DNA of 64,000 nucleotides, from positions 72,646 through 136,645 of the forward strand of contig CAZJAH010000004.1 of the NCBI GenBank assembly GCA_964544155.1. The letters run 5' to 3'. Position numbers and translations under genes: made by a program. Every line of letters begins with the position of its first letter. Position 1 is the first letter of the stretch. The notes under the pieces are model-generated. The model saw only the letters and a list, made by a program, of their open reading frames with translations, searched no databases and was not told the origin of the DNA. Positions 22,090 to 31,778 of this stretch are shown one piece after another. The DNA comes from an uncultured Hyphomicrobiales bacterium (GTDB lineage: Bacteria; Bacteroidota; Ignavibacteria; Kapaibacteriales; UBA2268).

Positions 22090-23307
22090 TCAGCAGGGAT
22101 GAGTAAAGTATGAGTAAAGTGATTTTATCTGCACTTTGCCGATTACCTGATTCCTGTATTTGCTCTTAATATCATGGGCGGCACGGCTTAGCTCTTCGGT
22201 CTTAATACCGGAATTACAGGAATTCCATGCTTCCAGGAATGCCGCCAAATGGTCTGCTGCTTTTATCAGTTCTCCATCGAAGGCTGAATATTCATCGGTA
22301 TTATATTTAGCGTTGATATCATCCACTGTGATATCTCTGCCCTTCATCTGCTTGAAAATATGGCCGTTATGGAATATCTTATTTACGAATTCATCTTTAG
22401 TAAAATAATTAAGTTCGTTCTTCCATTCCGGCTCAATGTAGGGGTATATTTCCTGCTCGGAAAGGCTTTCTTCAAGGTCTTTAATTAGCTTATCCAGCTC
22501 GGATGATGACCTCTTTACCGGCGATATAATATCTCTGGTAACTGCTTCAGGCAGGTCATGGAACAGCCCCCCGAAAAAGTTATTGAATAGCCTTTGCGGG
22601 CAGGCGCCGTTTTCTCTCGCGAAAAAATATGAAATGCAGGCGACAAGCATGGTATGCCCAAGGACTGATGTTTTCGGCACCCTCGGTATCTGCGCCCAGC
22701 GGAACTGAAACCGCAGCTGCCCCACCATATCAATAAAGTTGACGATTTTTTCCTGATCCTGCATCTTCTTTATACCGCTGAGGCCTTCGTACTTGTTTAC
22801 TCTTTTGATCAGGCTTGTGTAAATTCGGTCATTCTGATAATCGATGGGATTAGCCTGTTTTATTATTCTGAATTCCCAAAGGCTTGCGTAAATATGTGCT
22901 GCGTCAAGGATTCTGATGTTCAGGTCCTCTTCATGATCTTCGATAAGAAAAGTCTTAAGTTCGGACTTGAGTTCTTCATTTTCGATTTTTGGCTCAAGGG
23001 ATTTGTAAACAAATTCATTCAGTTTTGAAAAAACCTGTTTATTTTTCATTATCTCGGTATATATCGGAGATTTAATATCAGAGATAACTATCCTGCGGAG
23101 CAGTTCGTAAATTCCTCCTTTGATAATTTTATCCCAATCCACTTTATTGCCGTTCATTTCCTCGTACTTGCCGAGGCAGTAAGCTATAACCATTTTATGA
23201 GCGTGCTTGTCTATCTCGATCATATCCATTGGGCGCACGCGGTCGTTCCAGCGGAGTATATGAAACCCCCTGAAAAGTTCATTTACAAGAGAAAAATTCA
23301 GTATCAT
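22090..23307 (-). CDS. HD-domain phosphohydrolase (YfbR-like H...HD...D motifs) with a ~200-aa N-terminal extension of unknown function
   Basis: LGHTMLVA ... FHDLPEAVTRDIISP ... LIKAADHLAAFLE matches the HD superfamily. The start is 1 nt after the hemL stop, so translationally coupled. Confidence 0.6.
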   Translation of the reverse strand: MILNFSLVNELFRGFHILRWNDRVRPMDMIEIDKHAHKMVIAYCLGKYEEMNGNKVDWDKIIKGGIYELLRRIVISDIKSPIYTEIMKNKQVFSKLNEFVYKSLEPKIENEELKSELKTFLIEDHEEDLNIRILDAAHIYASLWEFRIIKQANPIDYQNDRIYTSLIKRVNKYEGLSGIKKMQDQEKIVNFIDMVGQLRFQFRWAQIPRVPKTSVLGHTMLVACISYFFARENGACPQRLFNNFFGGLFHDLPEAVTRDIISPVKRSSSELDKLIKDLEESLSEQEIYPYIEPEWKNELNYFTKDEFVNKIFHNGHIFKQMKGRDITVDDINAKYNTDEYSAFDGELIKAADHLAAFLEAWNSCNSGIKTEELSRAAHDIKSKYRNQVIGKVQIKSLYSYFTHPC

Positions 23308-23308
23308 C

Positions 23309-24604
23309 CTATTTCCCGAAAATCTTATCTAAAGCCATAGCGGCTATGTCAAGGGTTTTATTAATATCATCGTCACTGTGTGCCAGCGAAACGAACATTG
23401 CTTCAAATTGAGACGGTGCAAGGTGTATGCCATTATCCAGCATAAAGCGAAAATATTCCGCGAATTTACCTGTATCAGATGCGGAAGCGCTTTTAAAATC
23501 AACCACATCGCTTTCGGTGAAGAACAGGCATATCATCGAGCCTACTCTGTTTATGGCGGCTTTTATACCTCTATCTTCAAGGGATTTCCGCATGCCGCTT
23601 TCCAGCCGGGCACCTTTTTTTTCTAATTCTGAAAAAATTTCAGGTTTTAGTTTAATTTCTGTTAGTACGGCAATGCCTGCGGCAGTTGCAAGGGGATTGC
23701 CGCTAAGCGTTCCCGCCTGATAGACCGGCCCGTTGGGGGATAGCTTTCCCATTATATCGCCCTTGCCGCCGAAAGCGCCTACGGGGAGGCCGCCGCCGAT
23801 AACTTTTCCGAATGTGCTTAGGTCGGGCCGGATGCCGTAAAGCTCCTGCGCGCCTCCCGGCGCTACCCTGAAACCTGTCATCACTTCGTCAAATATCAGA
23901 ACTATACCTTCATTGGTACACAGCTGCCTTAATTCTACCAGAAATTCCTTCTTTGAAGGAACAACTCCCATATTTCCGGCTATAGGTTCAATTATTACCG
24001 CGGCGACATTTTCCTTATTTTCATCAATCAATTTTTTTACTGAATTTATATCATTGAAGTCAGCGGTTAATGTATCGGCAGCGGTGCCTTTGGTAACACC
24101 CGGGCTAGTGGGCACGCCAAAAGTCATCGCTCCTGAACCTGCCTTTATCAGAAAGGAATCACCGTGGCCGTGGTAGCAGCCCTCGAATTTAATGATCTTA
24201 TCCCTTCCTGTAAATCCGCGCGCGAGCCTTATGGCACTCATTGTGGCTTCAGTGCCGCTGTTTACCATACGGGCCAATTCCACGGAAGGTACGAGCGAGC
24301 AGAGCAATTCGGCGAATTTAACCTCTAAGCCTGTGGGTGCGCCGAAGCTGGTACCAAGTTCAAGAGCTGAAGCAACCGCGTCCTTTATGAACTTTGCGTT
24401 ATGGCCGAAAAGATGCGGCCCCCAGCTTCCGATATAATCGATATATTCATTGCCGTCGGCGTCAATGACTTTTGAGCCCCGGGATTCGCGAATAAATACA
24501 GGATCGCCGCCAACAGATTTAAACGCCCTTACGGGTGAGTTTACTCCGCCGGGAATATGCTTGCAAGCTTTCTTATATAATTCTTTGCTTTTAGTAATGT
24601 TCAT
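23309..24604 (-). CDS. hemL: glutamate-1-semialdehyde 2,1-aminomutase
   Basis: PLP aminotransferase class III motifs (IPGGVNSPVRAF, DEVMTGFRVAPGGAQELYGIRPDLSTFGKVIGGGLPVGAFGG). The start is taken as the ATG at 24604, preceded by AGGAGA; the listed ORF extends to a TTG at 24640. Confidence 0.9.
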   Translation of the reverse strand: MNITKSKELYKKACKHIPGGVNSPVRAFKSVGGDPVFIRESRGSKVIDADGNEYIDYIGSWGPHLFGHNAKFIKDAVASALELGTSFGAPTGLEVKFAELLCSLVPSVELARMVNSGTEATMSAIRLARGFTGRDKIIKFEGCYHGHGDSFLIKAGSGAMTFGVPTSPGVTKGTAADTLTADFNDINSVKKLIDENKENVAAVIIEPIAGNMGVVPSKKEFLVELRQLCTNEGIVLIFDEVMTGFRVAPGGAQELYGIRPDLSTFGKVIGGGLPVGAFGGKGDIMGKLSPNGPVYQAGTLSGNPLATAAGIAVLTEIKLKPEIFSELEKKGARLESGMRKSLEDRGIKAAINRVGSMICLFFTESDVVDFKSASASDTGKFAEYFRFMLDNGIHLAPSQFEAMFVSLAHSDDDINKTLDIAAMALDKIFGK

Positions 24605-24617
24605 GTGTTTTCTCCTG

Positions 24618-25598
24618 TTATTCACCGAAATTCTGCTCAATAAGCTTAGCCGCTTCTTTAGCGTAATATGTCAGTATAATGTAAGCCCCGGCGCGTTTAA
24701 TGGATGTAAGCGATTCCATAATAATTTTATTTTCGTCCAGCCAGCCTCTTTCTGCGGCGGCTTTTATCATTGCGTATTCTCCGCTTACCTGGTAAGCTGA
24801 GACGGGTATATTAAAGCTGTCACTTACTGCTCTGATAATATCAAGGTAAGCTCCGGCGGGCTTCACCATAATGATATCAGCGCCTTCCTCTATATCCGCT
24901 CCTGCTTCTCTCAGGGCTTCGCAGCTATTGGAGTAATCCATCTGGTGGGAACGCCTGTCCCCGAATGAGGGAGCCGACCCCGCGGCATCCCTGAAAGGCC
25001 CGTAATAAGCAGATGAGTATTTCACGGCATAGCTCATAAGGGGCATCTGATTAAATCCGCTGCTGTCAAGTACTTCCCTGATGGCTGCTATCCTGCCGTC
25101 CATCATGTCGGATGGGGCAATCATGTCCGCTCCCGCTTCTGCCTGGCTCAGGGCAGTGCGCTGCAGCAGCTTTAAAGTTTCGTCATTGGCAATGCCGCCG
25201 TCCTTAATCAGTCCGCAATGCCCGTGCGACGTGTATTCACAAAGGCACACATCGGTTATAAGCAATATATCAGGATTTTCTTTCTTTAATTCGCGGAGGC
25301 ATTTCTGGATGATACCGTTTTCATCGTAGGCGCCTGTGGCTGTTTCATCTTTACTTTCGGGAATTCCAAAAAGGATTATACCCGGTATTCCCAGCTTCGT
25401 GAGTGCTTCACATTCCCGTTTGATATTATCGACGGACATCCTGAATACACCGGGCATTGAGCTTACTTCTTCTTTTTTATTCTCGCCGGGCATAACGAAC
25501 ATAGGGTAAATCAGATTGCTCTTATGCAGCCTGGTTTCCCTGATCATAGCCCTGGTGAGCGGGTTTTCTCTTAATCTTCTGAATCTTTTAAACATCAT
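24618..25598 (-). CDS. hemB: porphobilinogen synthase (delta-aminolevulinate dehydratase)
   Basis: TIM-barrel ALAD motifs including the active-site Lys region ([13 protein letters not shown]) and a Cys-rich metal site ([12 protein letters not shown]). Confidence 0.9.
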   Translation of the reverse strand: MMFKRFRRLRENPLTRAMIRETRLHKSNLIYPMFVMPGENKKEEVSSMPGVFRMSVDNIKRECEALTKLGIPGIILFGIPESKDETATGAYDENGIIQKCLRELKKENPDILLITDVCLCEYTSHGHCGLIKDGGIANDETLKLLQRTALSQAEAGADMIAPSDMMDGRIAAIREVLDSSGFNQMPLMSYAVKYSSAYYGPFRDAAGSAPSFGDRRSHQMDYSNSCEALREAGADIEEGADIIMVKPAGAYLDIIRAVSDSFNIPVSAYQVSGEYAMIKAAAERGWLDENKIIMESLTSIKRAGAYIILTYYAKEAAKLIEQNFGE

Positions 25599-25651
25599 TT
25601 TTTATCCTTCCGAATTTTTTTTTCTTCCGTATAATTTTATTTCTTTCCTAT

Positions 25652-26587
25652 TTATTTTCTTCCGTATATTTCATCTATAATGATTTTTCCGCCCCGGCCA
25701 AGCAGTTCCATGGCAATTTCTCTACCGATCATTTCGGCTTCCTCGGGGCTGCCTGTACCTTTTTCCCTGTAGAATCTTATTCCGTCAGTTGAAGCTATCA
25801 TGGCATCGAAAATCAACACGCTGTCGGGAGTAATTTCTCCGTGAGCCGCTACAGGCGCCTGGCATCCTCCGCTTACAGTTTTGAGAAAGGATCTTTCGGC
25901 TTTAACTTCCGTTTCGGTTTTTTGGTGATTAAGTTTTGAAGAAATTTCCATAAGCCTGCTGTCATCTGCCCTTATCTGCACACCAAGCGCCCCCTGGCCA
26001 ACAGCCGGTATGAACAGGTCTTTTTCAATAACCGAGCTGATATAATTCTGCATCTCCAGCCTTTCCACCCCAGCTTTGGCAAGTATAATAGCGTCCCAGT
26101 CTGAATCCAGATATTTCCGGATACGCGTAGGGACGTTACCCCGCAGGCCTCTTATTTGAACATCGGGCCTGTGCCTGCATAGCAGGGCGCTGCGCCTTAA
26201 CGATCCGGTAGCAACCCGGGCGTTTTTACTTAAATTATCTAAAGTGACGCCTTTTTCTCTGGAGATTATCACATCCCTGGGGTCATGCCTTTCAGTGACA
26301 GCTGATATGGCCAGTCCTTCGGGAATTTCCGTCTGGAGGTCTTTCATGCTGTGCACTGCTATATCAATTTCTTCATTGAGCAGGGCGCTTTCAATTTCTT
26401 TAGTAAAAAGTCCTTTATCACCGATTTTATAAAGAGCTTTATCCTGGATTTGATCGCCTAAAGTGCTTATCTCTTTTATTTCAAAAATTATTTCCGGAAA
26501 AAAATTTTCCAGTTCAGTTTTGATAAAATTGGCCTGCCAAAGTGCCAGCCTGCTAGACCGGCTTCCGATTATTATTCTTTTATTCAC
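25652..26587 (-). CDS. hemC: hydroxymethylbilane synthase (porphobilinogen deaminase)
   Basis: N-terminal IGSRSSRLALWQA, conserved cofactor-binding Cys near the C-terminus. GTG start. Confidence 0.9.
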   Translation of the reverse strand: MNKRIIIGSRSSRLALWQANFIKTELENFFPEIIFEIKEISTLGDQIQDKALYKIGDKGLFTKEIESALLNEEIDIAVHSMKDLQTEIPEGLAISAVTERHDPRDVIISREKGVTLDNLSKNARVATGSLRRSALLCRHRPDVQIRGLRGNVPTRIRKYLDSDWDAIILAKAGVERLEMQNYISSVIEKDLFIPAVGQGALGVQIRADDSRLMEISSKLNHQKTETEVKAERSFLKTVSGGCQAPVAAHGEITPDSVLIFDAMIASTDGIRFYREKGTGSPEEAEMIGREIAMELLGRGGKIIIDEIYGRK

Positions 26588-26700
26588 AATAAGCTGCTTT
26601 TCTTGCTTAATTAAAAAGTATTATTTGACAATTTGATGGTAATGAAATATATTTAAAAAATACTACCTGACAAAAAAACAAAATAAAAAAAAATAAGCTT

Positions 26701-29457
26701 ATGCGGTATGTTTTTGCTTTTATTTTAAGTTTTCTCATCTTTTCCGAGGGTTTTGCCCAGAATTACGCGCGTAACTGGTATTTTGGCAGACAAGCTGGAA
26801 TTAGGTTTGAAAAAGATGGAGTCAGGCCGCAGATATTACTGGATAGCGAAATGCGTACAAGAGAAGGCTGCGCTTCGATTTCCGATAATAAGGGTAATCT
26901 TCTTTTTTATTCAAACGGTATAAACGTTTGGAATAAAAACCATGAAATTATGCCCAACGGCCACAATCTCTCAGGCCATCAATCAACCACTCAATCGGCG
27001 CTTATAATTCCCAAGCCTGAATACCCTGATATTTATCTTTTATTTACTCTTGCCAAAGAAGGCAGCGGCGGTCTTAGTTATTCAATTATTGATATGACAT
27101 TGGAGGGCGGCCTGGGTGATATAATCGAAAAAGACATACCGCTCTTGAATCCTGCTACAGAGAAAATGGCGGCGATATTTCATACTAACGCGAAGGATGT
27201 CTGGCTGGCAGCGCACAAGTGGGATTCAGATGAATATTACATGTACAGGATAAATTCAAATGGGATAGACGGCCCGGTGATTAACAAAATAGGCACAGAG
27301 CATAAAGGAATTTTCTGGAATGCCATCGGCCAGATGCAGTTTTCCCCCGACGGAAAAAAGCTTGCCTGTGTAATTGCCAATAGAGGCCTGGTAGAAGTTT
27401 TTAATTTTGATATTAACAGCGGCAAATTATCAGACAGTTTTTTCAGCATACAACTTCCCGATAACGAGATGGGATACGGCCTTGAGTTTTCTCCTTCGGG
27501 TAAATTCATTTATATATCGACAAATTCCAGTAAAACAGGAGAGAGTAATTCAGGATATATTTATCAAATAGACCTGGAGGCAGGCGATGAGAAAGCTGTT
27601 GCTAATTCACTTATAAAAATCGGCATAACAAGCCCCCCTTCTCTTATGCAAATGGGGCCTGATAAAAAGATCTATACACCGGGAAATAATAGCCTTAGCG
27701 TAATAGAAAATCCTGAATTGCAGGGTGAAAACTGCGATTACCAAAGAAACAGGATTAATCTTGGCGGAAGGGATCCGAGAGTAAGCATGCCCGCTTTTAT
27801 CCAAAGCTATTACTATTATTATGATAATGAGCTAACGGTTTGCGAGGGAGACAGTATTTTTATAGAAAGCGATTTTGTTTATGCTTATTTGAAAAGCAAA
27901 GAGTATTATTGGGACGGCCCCGCGGGATTTTTTTATGATAAAGACCTCCGCATATCCAATATAAGAAAAGAACATTCGGGATTTTATCATTTCATAGTCA
28001 GATATAAGGATGGCAATCAGGATACTACCGGCCACATAGTTTACAGGGTAGCGGTAATATCATCGCCTAACTCTAATATCGAGGTCGCCTCAAACCCGAA
28101 TTTCTGTTCCGGCAGGGACGTGGAATTGCAGGCTGAAGTAATTGACCCATATTTCAGGTACTATTGGTCAACAGGCATGGAAGGCCCTTACCTAACAGTT
28201 AATAAAAGCGGCGTCTATAAGCTGTACGTGGAGAACAATGCAGGGTGCATTGACAGTTCTGAGATAAACGTTCAGTTCGCAAAAGAGCCTGATTACAGGA
28301 TATACGCTCCTAAGTATATTTGTAAAGGAAGTGAGGGTTACCTCACTACCGGAGAAGGCCTGACCCGGTATGAGTGGAGCAATGGCGAAACTACAAGGTC
28401 TATCAGGATTACCAAAGGAGGAAAATACTCTCTAACCAGCTATGATGCTTTTGGCTGTGAGTATTATTGGGAGCATACTGTAGAAGATTATGACGTTCAC
28501 TTTGATGAAGTAAACGAAATTGATTTCGGCTCCGGCAGGCAGGGCAGGCCGGATACAACATTGAAAATAATCAACAAACTCGATTCACCGCTTATATTCA
28601 ACGCGAGCCTTGCAAACGGGGATATTTTTCACCTTGCCGAACCCGGCAGACAAGAGCTTAATCCCGGGCATAATATGAACCTGAATTTAAAGTTCAGGCC
28701 TAAAGATAATCTCTATTATACGGATACATTAATAATTGAAATGCTTGCGCCCTGTGAAGGGATTTACCGGATTCCTCTAAAAGGCAGTTTGAAACTCGAC
28801 TTAATCCTTTGGATACCTTCAGAAAAAGGGAAAGTAGGCTCAGATTTAAAGCTAAAGCTTTTGGGACGCCTCAATACTGAGAGTGATATAACAACTTCCT
28901 CAGTTGTTGATATTAAAATAGCTGTTGATTTCAGAGCCTTTAAGCCTGAAGTTCAGTCCTCTTACAAGGACAGCCTTGTCATCATAAGTCTAAACGGCCC
29001 CGAACTGGAAATTGGCAAAACACCCGTTACTATTGGCGAAATTCAGGGAAGAGTGCTTATGGGAGTGAGGGATGATAACCCGGCGCTAATCTATCATTAT
29101 GAATGGCATGACAACCTGGTTAATGTGACCAGCCAGGGCGGTATCCTTAGCGTTAACGGAGTTTGTGTACTGCCGCTTAACAGGATTAAATCATTTGATC
29201 CACTGAGCCTTGATATACTGCCGAATCCGTCTCAAAATTCACCTCATATTAAAATAGCAGGAACGCTCGAAGGTGCTATGAAGTTAGATATAATAGATTT
29301 GAACGGCAGGCTTGTCTATTCTGAAAATATTAATAAAAAAGAAAACGAAGTATTCAGCATTAAACCGGATATTAGAAAGCTCCCGGCAGGCCTGTATACA
29401 GTGAAGCTCACTGCGCCATTTGACATAATCGCAAAACGCCTTACAATAATAAAATAA
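26701..29457 (+). CDS. large secreted protein with T9SS C-terminal sorting domain (CTD) and a conserved Bacteroidetes-type N-terminal domain
   Basis: Signal peptide. N-terminal NYARNWYFGRQAGIRF...EGCASISD..GNLLFYSNG pattern, common in gliding-associated CTD proteins. C-terminus ...LPAGLYTVKLTAPFDIIAKRLTIIK is type-A CTD-like. Confidence 0.7.
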   Translation: MRYVFAFILSFLIFSEGFAQNYARNWYFGRQAGIRFEKDGVRPQILLDSEMRTREGCASISDNKGNLLFYSNGINVWNKNHEIMPNGHNLSGHQSTTQSALIIPKPEYPDIYLLFTLAKEGSGGLSYSIIDMTLEGGLGDIIEKDIPLLNPATEKMAAIFHTNAKDVWLAAHKWDSDEYYMYRINSNGIDGPVINKIGTEHKGIFWNAIGQMQFSPDGKKLACVIANRGLVEVFNFDINSGKLSDSFFSIQLPDNEMGYGLEFSPSGKFIYISTNSSKTGESNSGYIYQIDLEAGDEKAVANSLIKIGITSPPSLMQMGPDKKIYTPGNNSLSVIENPELQGENCDYQRNRINLGGRDPRVSMPAFIQSYYYYYDNELTVCEGDSIFIESDFVYAYLKSKEYYWDGPAGFFYDKDLRISNIRKEHSGFYHFIVRYKDGNQDTTGHIVYRVAVISSPNSNIEVASNPNFCSGRDVELQAEVIDPYFRYYWSTGMEGPYLTVNKSGVYKLYVENNAGCIDSSEINVQFAKEPDYRIYAPKYICKGSEGYLTTGEGLTRYEWSNGETTRSIRITKGGKYSLTSYDAFGCEYYWEHTVEDYDVHFDEVNEIDFGSGRQGRPDTTLKIINKLDSPLIFNASLANGDIFHLAEPGRQELNPGHNMNLNLKFRPKDNLYYTDTLIIEMLAPCEGIYRIPLKGSLKLDLILWIPSEKGKVGSDLKLKLLGRLNTESDITTSSVVDIKIAVDFRAFKPEVQSSYKDSLVIISLNGPELEIGKTPVTIGEIQGRVLMGVRDDNPALIYHYEWHDNLVNVTSQGGILSVNGVCVLPLNRIKSFDPLSLDILPNPSQNSPHIKIAGTLEGAMKLDIIDLNGRLVYSENINKKENEVFSIKPDIRKLPAGLYTVKLTAPFDIIAKRLTIIK

Positions 29458-29482
29458 AAAAAGCCGGTCAGATGAGCGGCTT
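29451..29482 (-). terminator. rho-independent terminator for the CheY-like gene (minus strand: aagccg-loop-cggctt + T-run)
   Basis: 6-bp stem with a 10-nt loop, followed on the minus strand by ttttt(a)tttt. Lies 22 nt after the stop at 29504. Confidence 0.5.
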
Positions 29483-29503
29483 AAATAATCAAAACAGAAG
29501 AAA

Positions 29504-30121
29504 TTATTTACGGGTTTTTAAAAGAAGTTTTTTTATGGATTCAATGCTTCTTTTTTCGTCATCCTGGTAATGCTGCAGCAGTTTGTTTTTAGCGGCAGCC
29601 TGTTTGCTAGTTTCATCACCTTCATTCATTTCTTCGAATTCAGGTATTTTTTCATGATCACCGGTTTCGTGCTTTGCCTTAGAAGCATCTTTACCGCTTG
29701 AAATAGGATGTTCAACGTATTCGCCGCGGGAAATTTTTTCAATTTTTTCCTTACCGAAAACATCCACAAGCTTATCAAAAACAGTCGCGCGTGTGAATGG
29801 TTTGGAAATAAAACCGGCTGTGCCGCTTTTTACAGCCAGGCCGAGATTTTCAACATCAGATAGCGCCGACACCATGATAACGGGTATATCTCTTACATTT
29901 TTAATATGCTTGAGAATTTTAAGCGTCAGGTGACCGGTAAGCTCAGGCATTAAAATATCCAGTATAATCAGATCAGGCTGGTGTTCGACAGCCAGGGAAA
30001 TACCTTCAAATCCGTTTGAAGCGAGGAAAGTTTTATTGAATCCGTAACTCTGAAGAGTTTTGGATAATATCCTCTGCATCCAGATATCATCGTCGATAAT
30101 TAAAACCGAGTATTCAGCCAT
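29504..30121 (-). CDS. single-domain response regulator (CheY-like REC) with a charged C-terminal tail
   Basis: IIDDD...DLIILDILMPELTG...AGFISKPF receiver motifs. No output domain. Confidence 0.75.
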   Translation of the reverse strand: MAEYSVLIIDDDIWMQRILSKTLQSYGFNKTFLASNGFEGISLAVEHQPDLIILDILMPELTGHLTLKILKHIKNVRDIPVIMVSALSDVENLGLAVKSGTAGFISKPFTRATVFDKLVDVFGKEKIEKISRGEYVEHPISSGKDASKAKHETGDHEKIPEFEEMNEGDETSKQAAAKNKLLQHYQDDEKRSIESIKKLLLKTRK

Positions 30122-30135
30122 TTTATACCATATAT

Positions 30136-30435
30136 TTATTGTTGATCTTTATCTTTTGCGGTAAAGCTGACTTCCGGCGCTTCAATAGCCTGTCTGGATT
30201 TACCATATTTAAGTTTTTTCTGCAATATAGCGCTTTTTAAGGCATTTATTTCAGTTCTGGCAGCCTGCCTGTTCATTTCAATAATTTTATCGTGTACTTC
30301 TTTGCGGTGTACGGGAACTGATTTTGGTGCTTCGATACCCAGCCTGACTACGCCGCGATCGAAGCTAAGTACAGTGATCTGTACCTGCGATCCAATAGTA
30401 ACTACCTCACCTATCTTCCTTGATAATACCAGCAT
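30136..30435 (-). CDS. csrA: carbon storage regulator CsrA (flagellar type, extended C-terminus)
   Basis: MLVLSRKIGE..V.IG....I.VL......VRLGIEAPK...VHRKEV is the near-invariant CsrA signature. Confidence 0.85.
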   Translation of the reverse strand: MLVLSRKIGEVVTIGSQVQITVLSFDRGVVRLGIEAPKSVPVHRKEVHDKIIEMNRQAARTEINALKSAILQKKLKYGKSRQAIEAPEVSFTAKDKDQQ

Positions 30436-30456
30436 AAGTTAATCCTTAAATTTATT

Positions 30457-30888
30457 TTATTTTTCCTTCTCGGGAAAAACATGGTTAGTTGAATACTTAT
30501 CAGACGGCAAAATCACCTGTTTTCCGGCTTGATCCTCTACATTGAGGATTATGGGAGCCTTCATATTTGCTGTCATCCTTCCTTTTTCATCTTCGAGTGT
30601 AACAACCACAAATATCACCTCTTTTTCCATATTGAACAGTCGTCCCGGATTATAAGTCAGGTCTATATGCCAGGGGCTGAGCAGAGGGAAACCTATTTCG
30701 GGTTCCTCTAAGTTGATAAGCCATTTAAAAGGTACGGTTTCTTCTTCGCTGATTAAAACAAATTCCCTTAAATTTTCAAAGCCAAGCAGGCCTTCGGGAA
30801 AATTAAAAATATATTGCGATTCTACGTCGATCTCGCCGAAGTGTAATGTTTTGATCTTCCTGATCTTATTATCAATATTCCTGTTCAT
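30457..30888 (-). CDS. fliW: flagellar assembly factor FliW (CsrA antagonist)
   Basis: DUF180/FliW pattern (HFGEIDVESQYIFNFPEGLLGFE..REFVLI..EE..PFKWL). Immediately upstream of csrA, as in the canonical fliW-csrA pair. Confidence 0.8.
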   Translation of the reverse strand: MNRNIDNKIRKIKTLHFGEIDVESQYIFNFPEGLLGFENLREFVLISEEETVPFKWLINLEEPEIGFPLLSPWHIDLTYNPGRLFNMEKEVIFVVVTLEDEKGRMTANMKAPIILNVEDQAGKQVILPSDKYSTNHVFPEKEK

Positions 30889-30967
30889 CTTGAATCCTGT
30901 ATGTGATTATTTTTTTGGTCTTTTCAATATTTTTACAAAAAAATCTACCAATTAATATAATAAAAAA

Positions 30968-31735
30968 TTATCGGACATTTGTATCTAAATCTGTATAGCC
31001 TTTTTTTGATGGGCCGTTAGCCGCTGCTTCGGAAATTGTTATCTCAACGCGTCGGTTTTTTGCCCGGCCTTCACCTGTGCTATTAGACGCGATGGGCTTT
31101 TGCGATCCGAATCCGCGGAAGCTCATATTGCTTTCATCTACTCCGCGCTGTTTGAGTTCGTAAAGAACGTTTATTGCCCTTGCCCCGGACAGATGCCAGT
31201 TCGATTCATACTGAAAACTGCTGATAGGCCTGTTGTCAGTATGCCCGTCAATAACTATCTGATTTGGTATTCCCCGCAAAACTCCTGCCAAACTGTCGAG
31301 AGCTTCTTCACCTTCGGGCAATACTGCTGCTCTGGCTGAATTAAACAGAAGCTTTTCAGGCAATGTAAGTACAAGCCCGCTGCCTGTTCGCTGAATTCCT
31401 ATCAGCTCCTGATCCACATAAGCCTTCAAAGCTTCTAAAGCTTCCGCGCGGATATCGCTCAGTTCTTTTGTCGCGCCGGGAGGAAGGATCGGCTCGGGGA
31501 CTCCGCTTCTTCTGCCTTCGAGTATGCCGTCGCCGCCCTCAAGTACGTTTCCCGAGCTGAAGTATTCCGAAAGCGCTGCCCGGAAGGTTTTGAATTTTTC
31601 CTGATCGACTTGTGAAGTCGCGTACAGAATTACGAATAAACCCAACAGCAGGGTTATGAGGTCGGCATAGGTTATCAGATACCTGTCTGCCGACCCGCTT
31701 GTCTTATTTAAGTTTTTATTTCTGTCTCTTATCAA
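30968..31735 (-). CDS. motB: MotB-like stator protein (TM segment with conserved Asp + OmpA-like peptidoglycan-binding domain)
   Basis: YLITYADLITLLLGLFVIL contains the proton-relay Asp context of MotB. C-terminal OmpA-like ...NRRVEITI. TTG start. No motA adjacent. Confidence 0.65.
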   Translation of the reverse strand: MIRDRNKNLNKTSGSADRYLITYADLITLLLGLFVILYATSQVDQEKFKTFRAALSEYFSSGNVLEGGDGILEGRRSGVPEPILPPGATKELSDIRAEALEALKAYVDQELIGIQRTGSGLVLTLPEKLLFNSARAAVLPEGEEALDSLAGVLRGIPNQIVIDGHTDNRPISSFQYESNWHLSGARAINVLYELKQRGVDESNMSFRGFGSQKPIASNSTGEGRAKNRRVEITISEAAANGPSKKGYTDLDTNVR

Positions 31736-31778
31736 TTTTTCGTTTTTCTTTTTTGCAATGCTCTAATTATCGGCTGAC

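Noticed and set aside
30968-31735. Alternative reading of the MotB-like gene as a generic OmpA-family lipoprotein
   Set aside because: The N-terminal single TM segment contains the Y-A-D-L-I-T-L-L motif with the conserved Asp, which is characteristic of MotB/stator B subunits, not OmpA/Pal. It is kept as MotB-like, with reduced confidence because motA is not adjacent.
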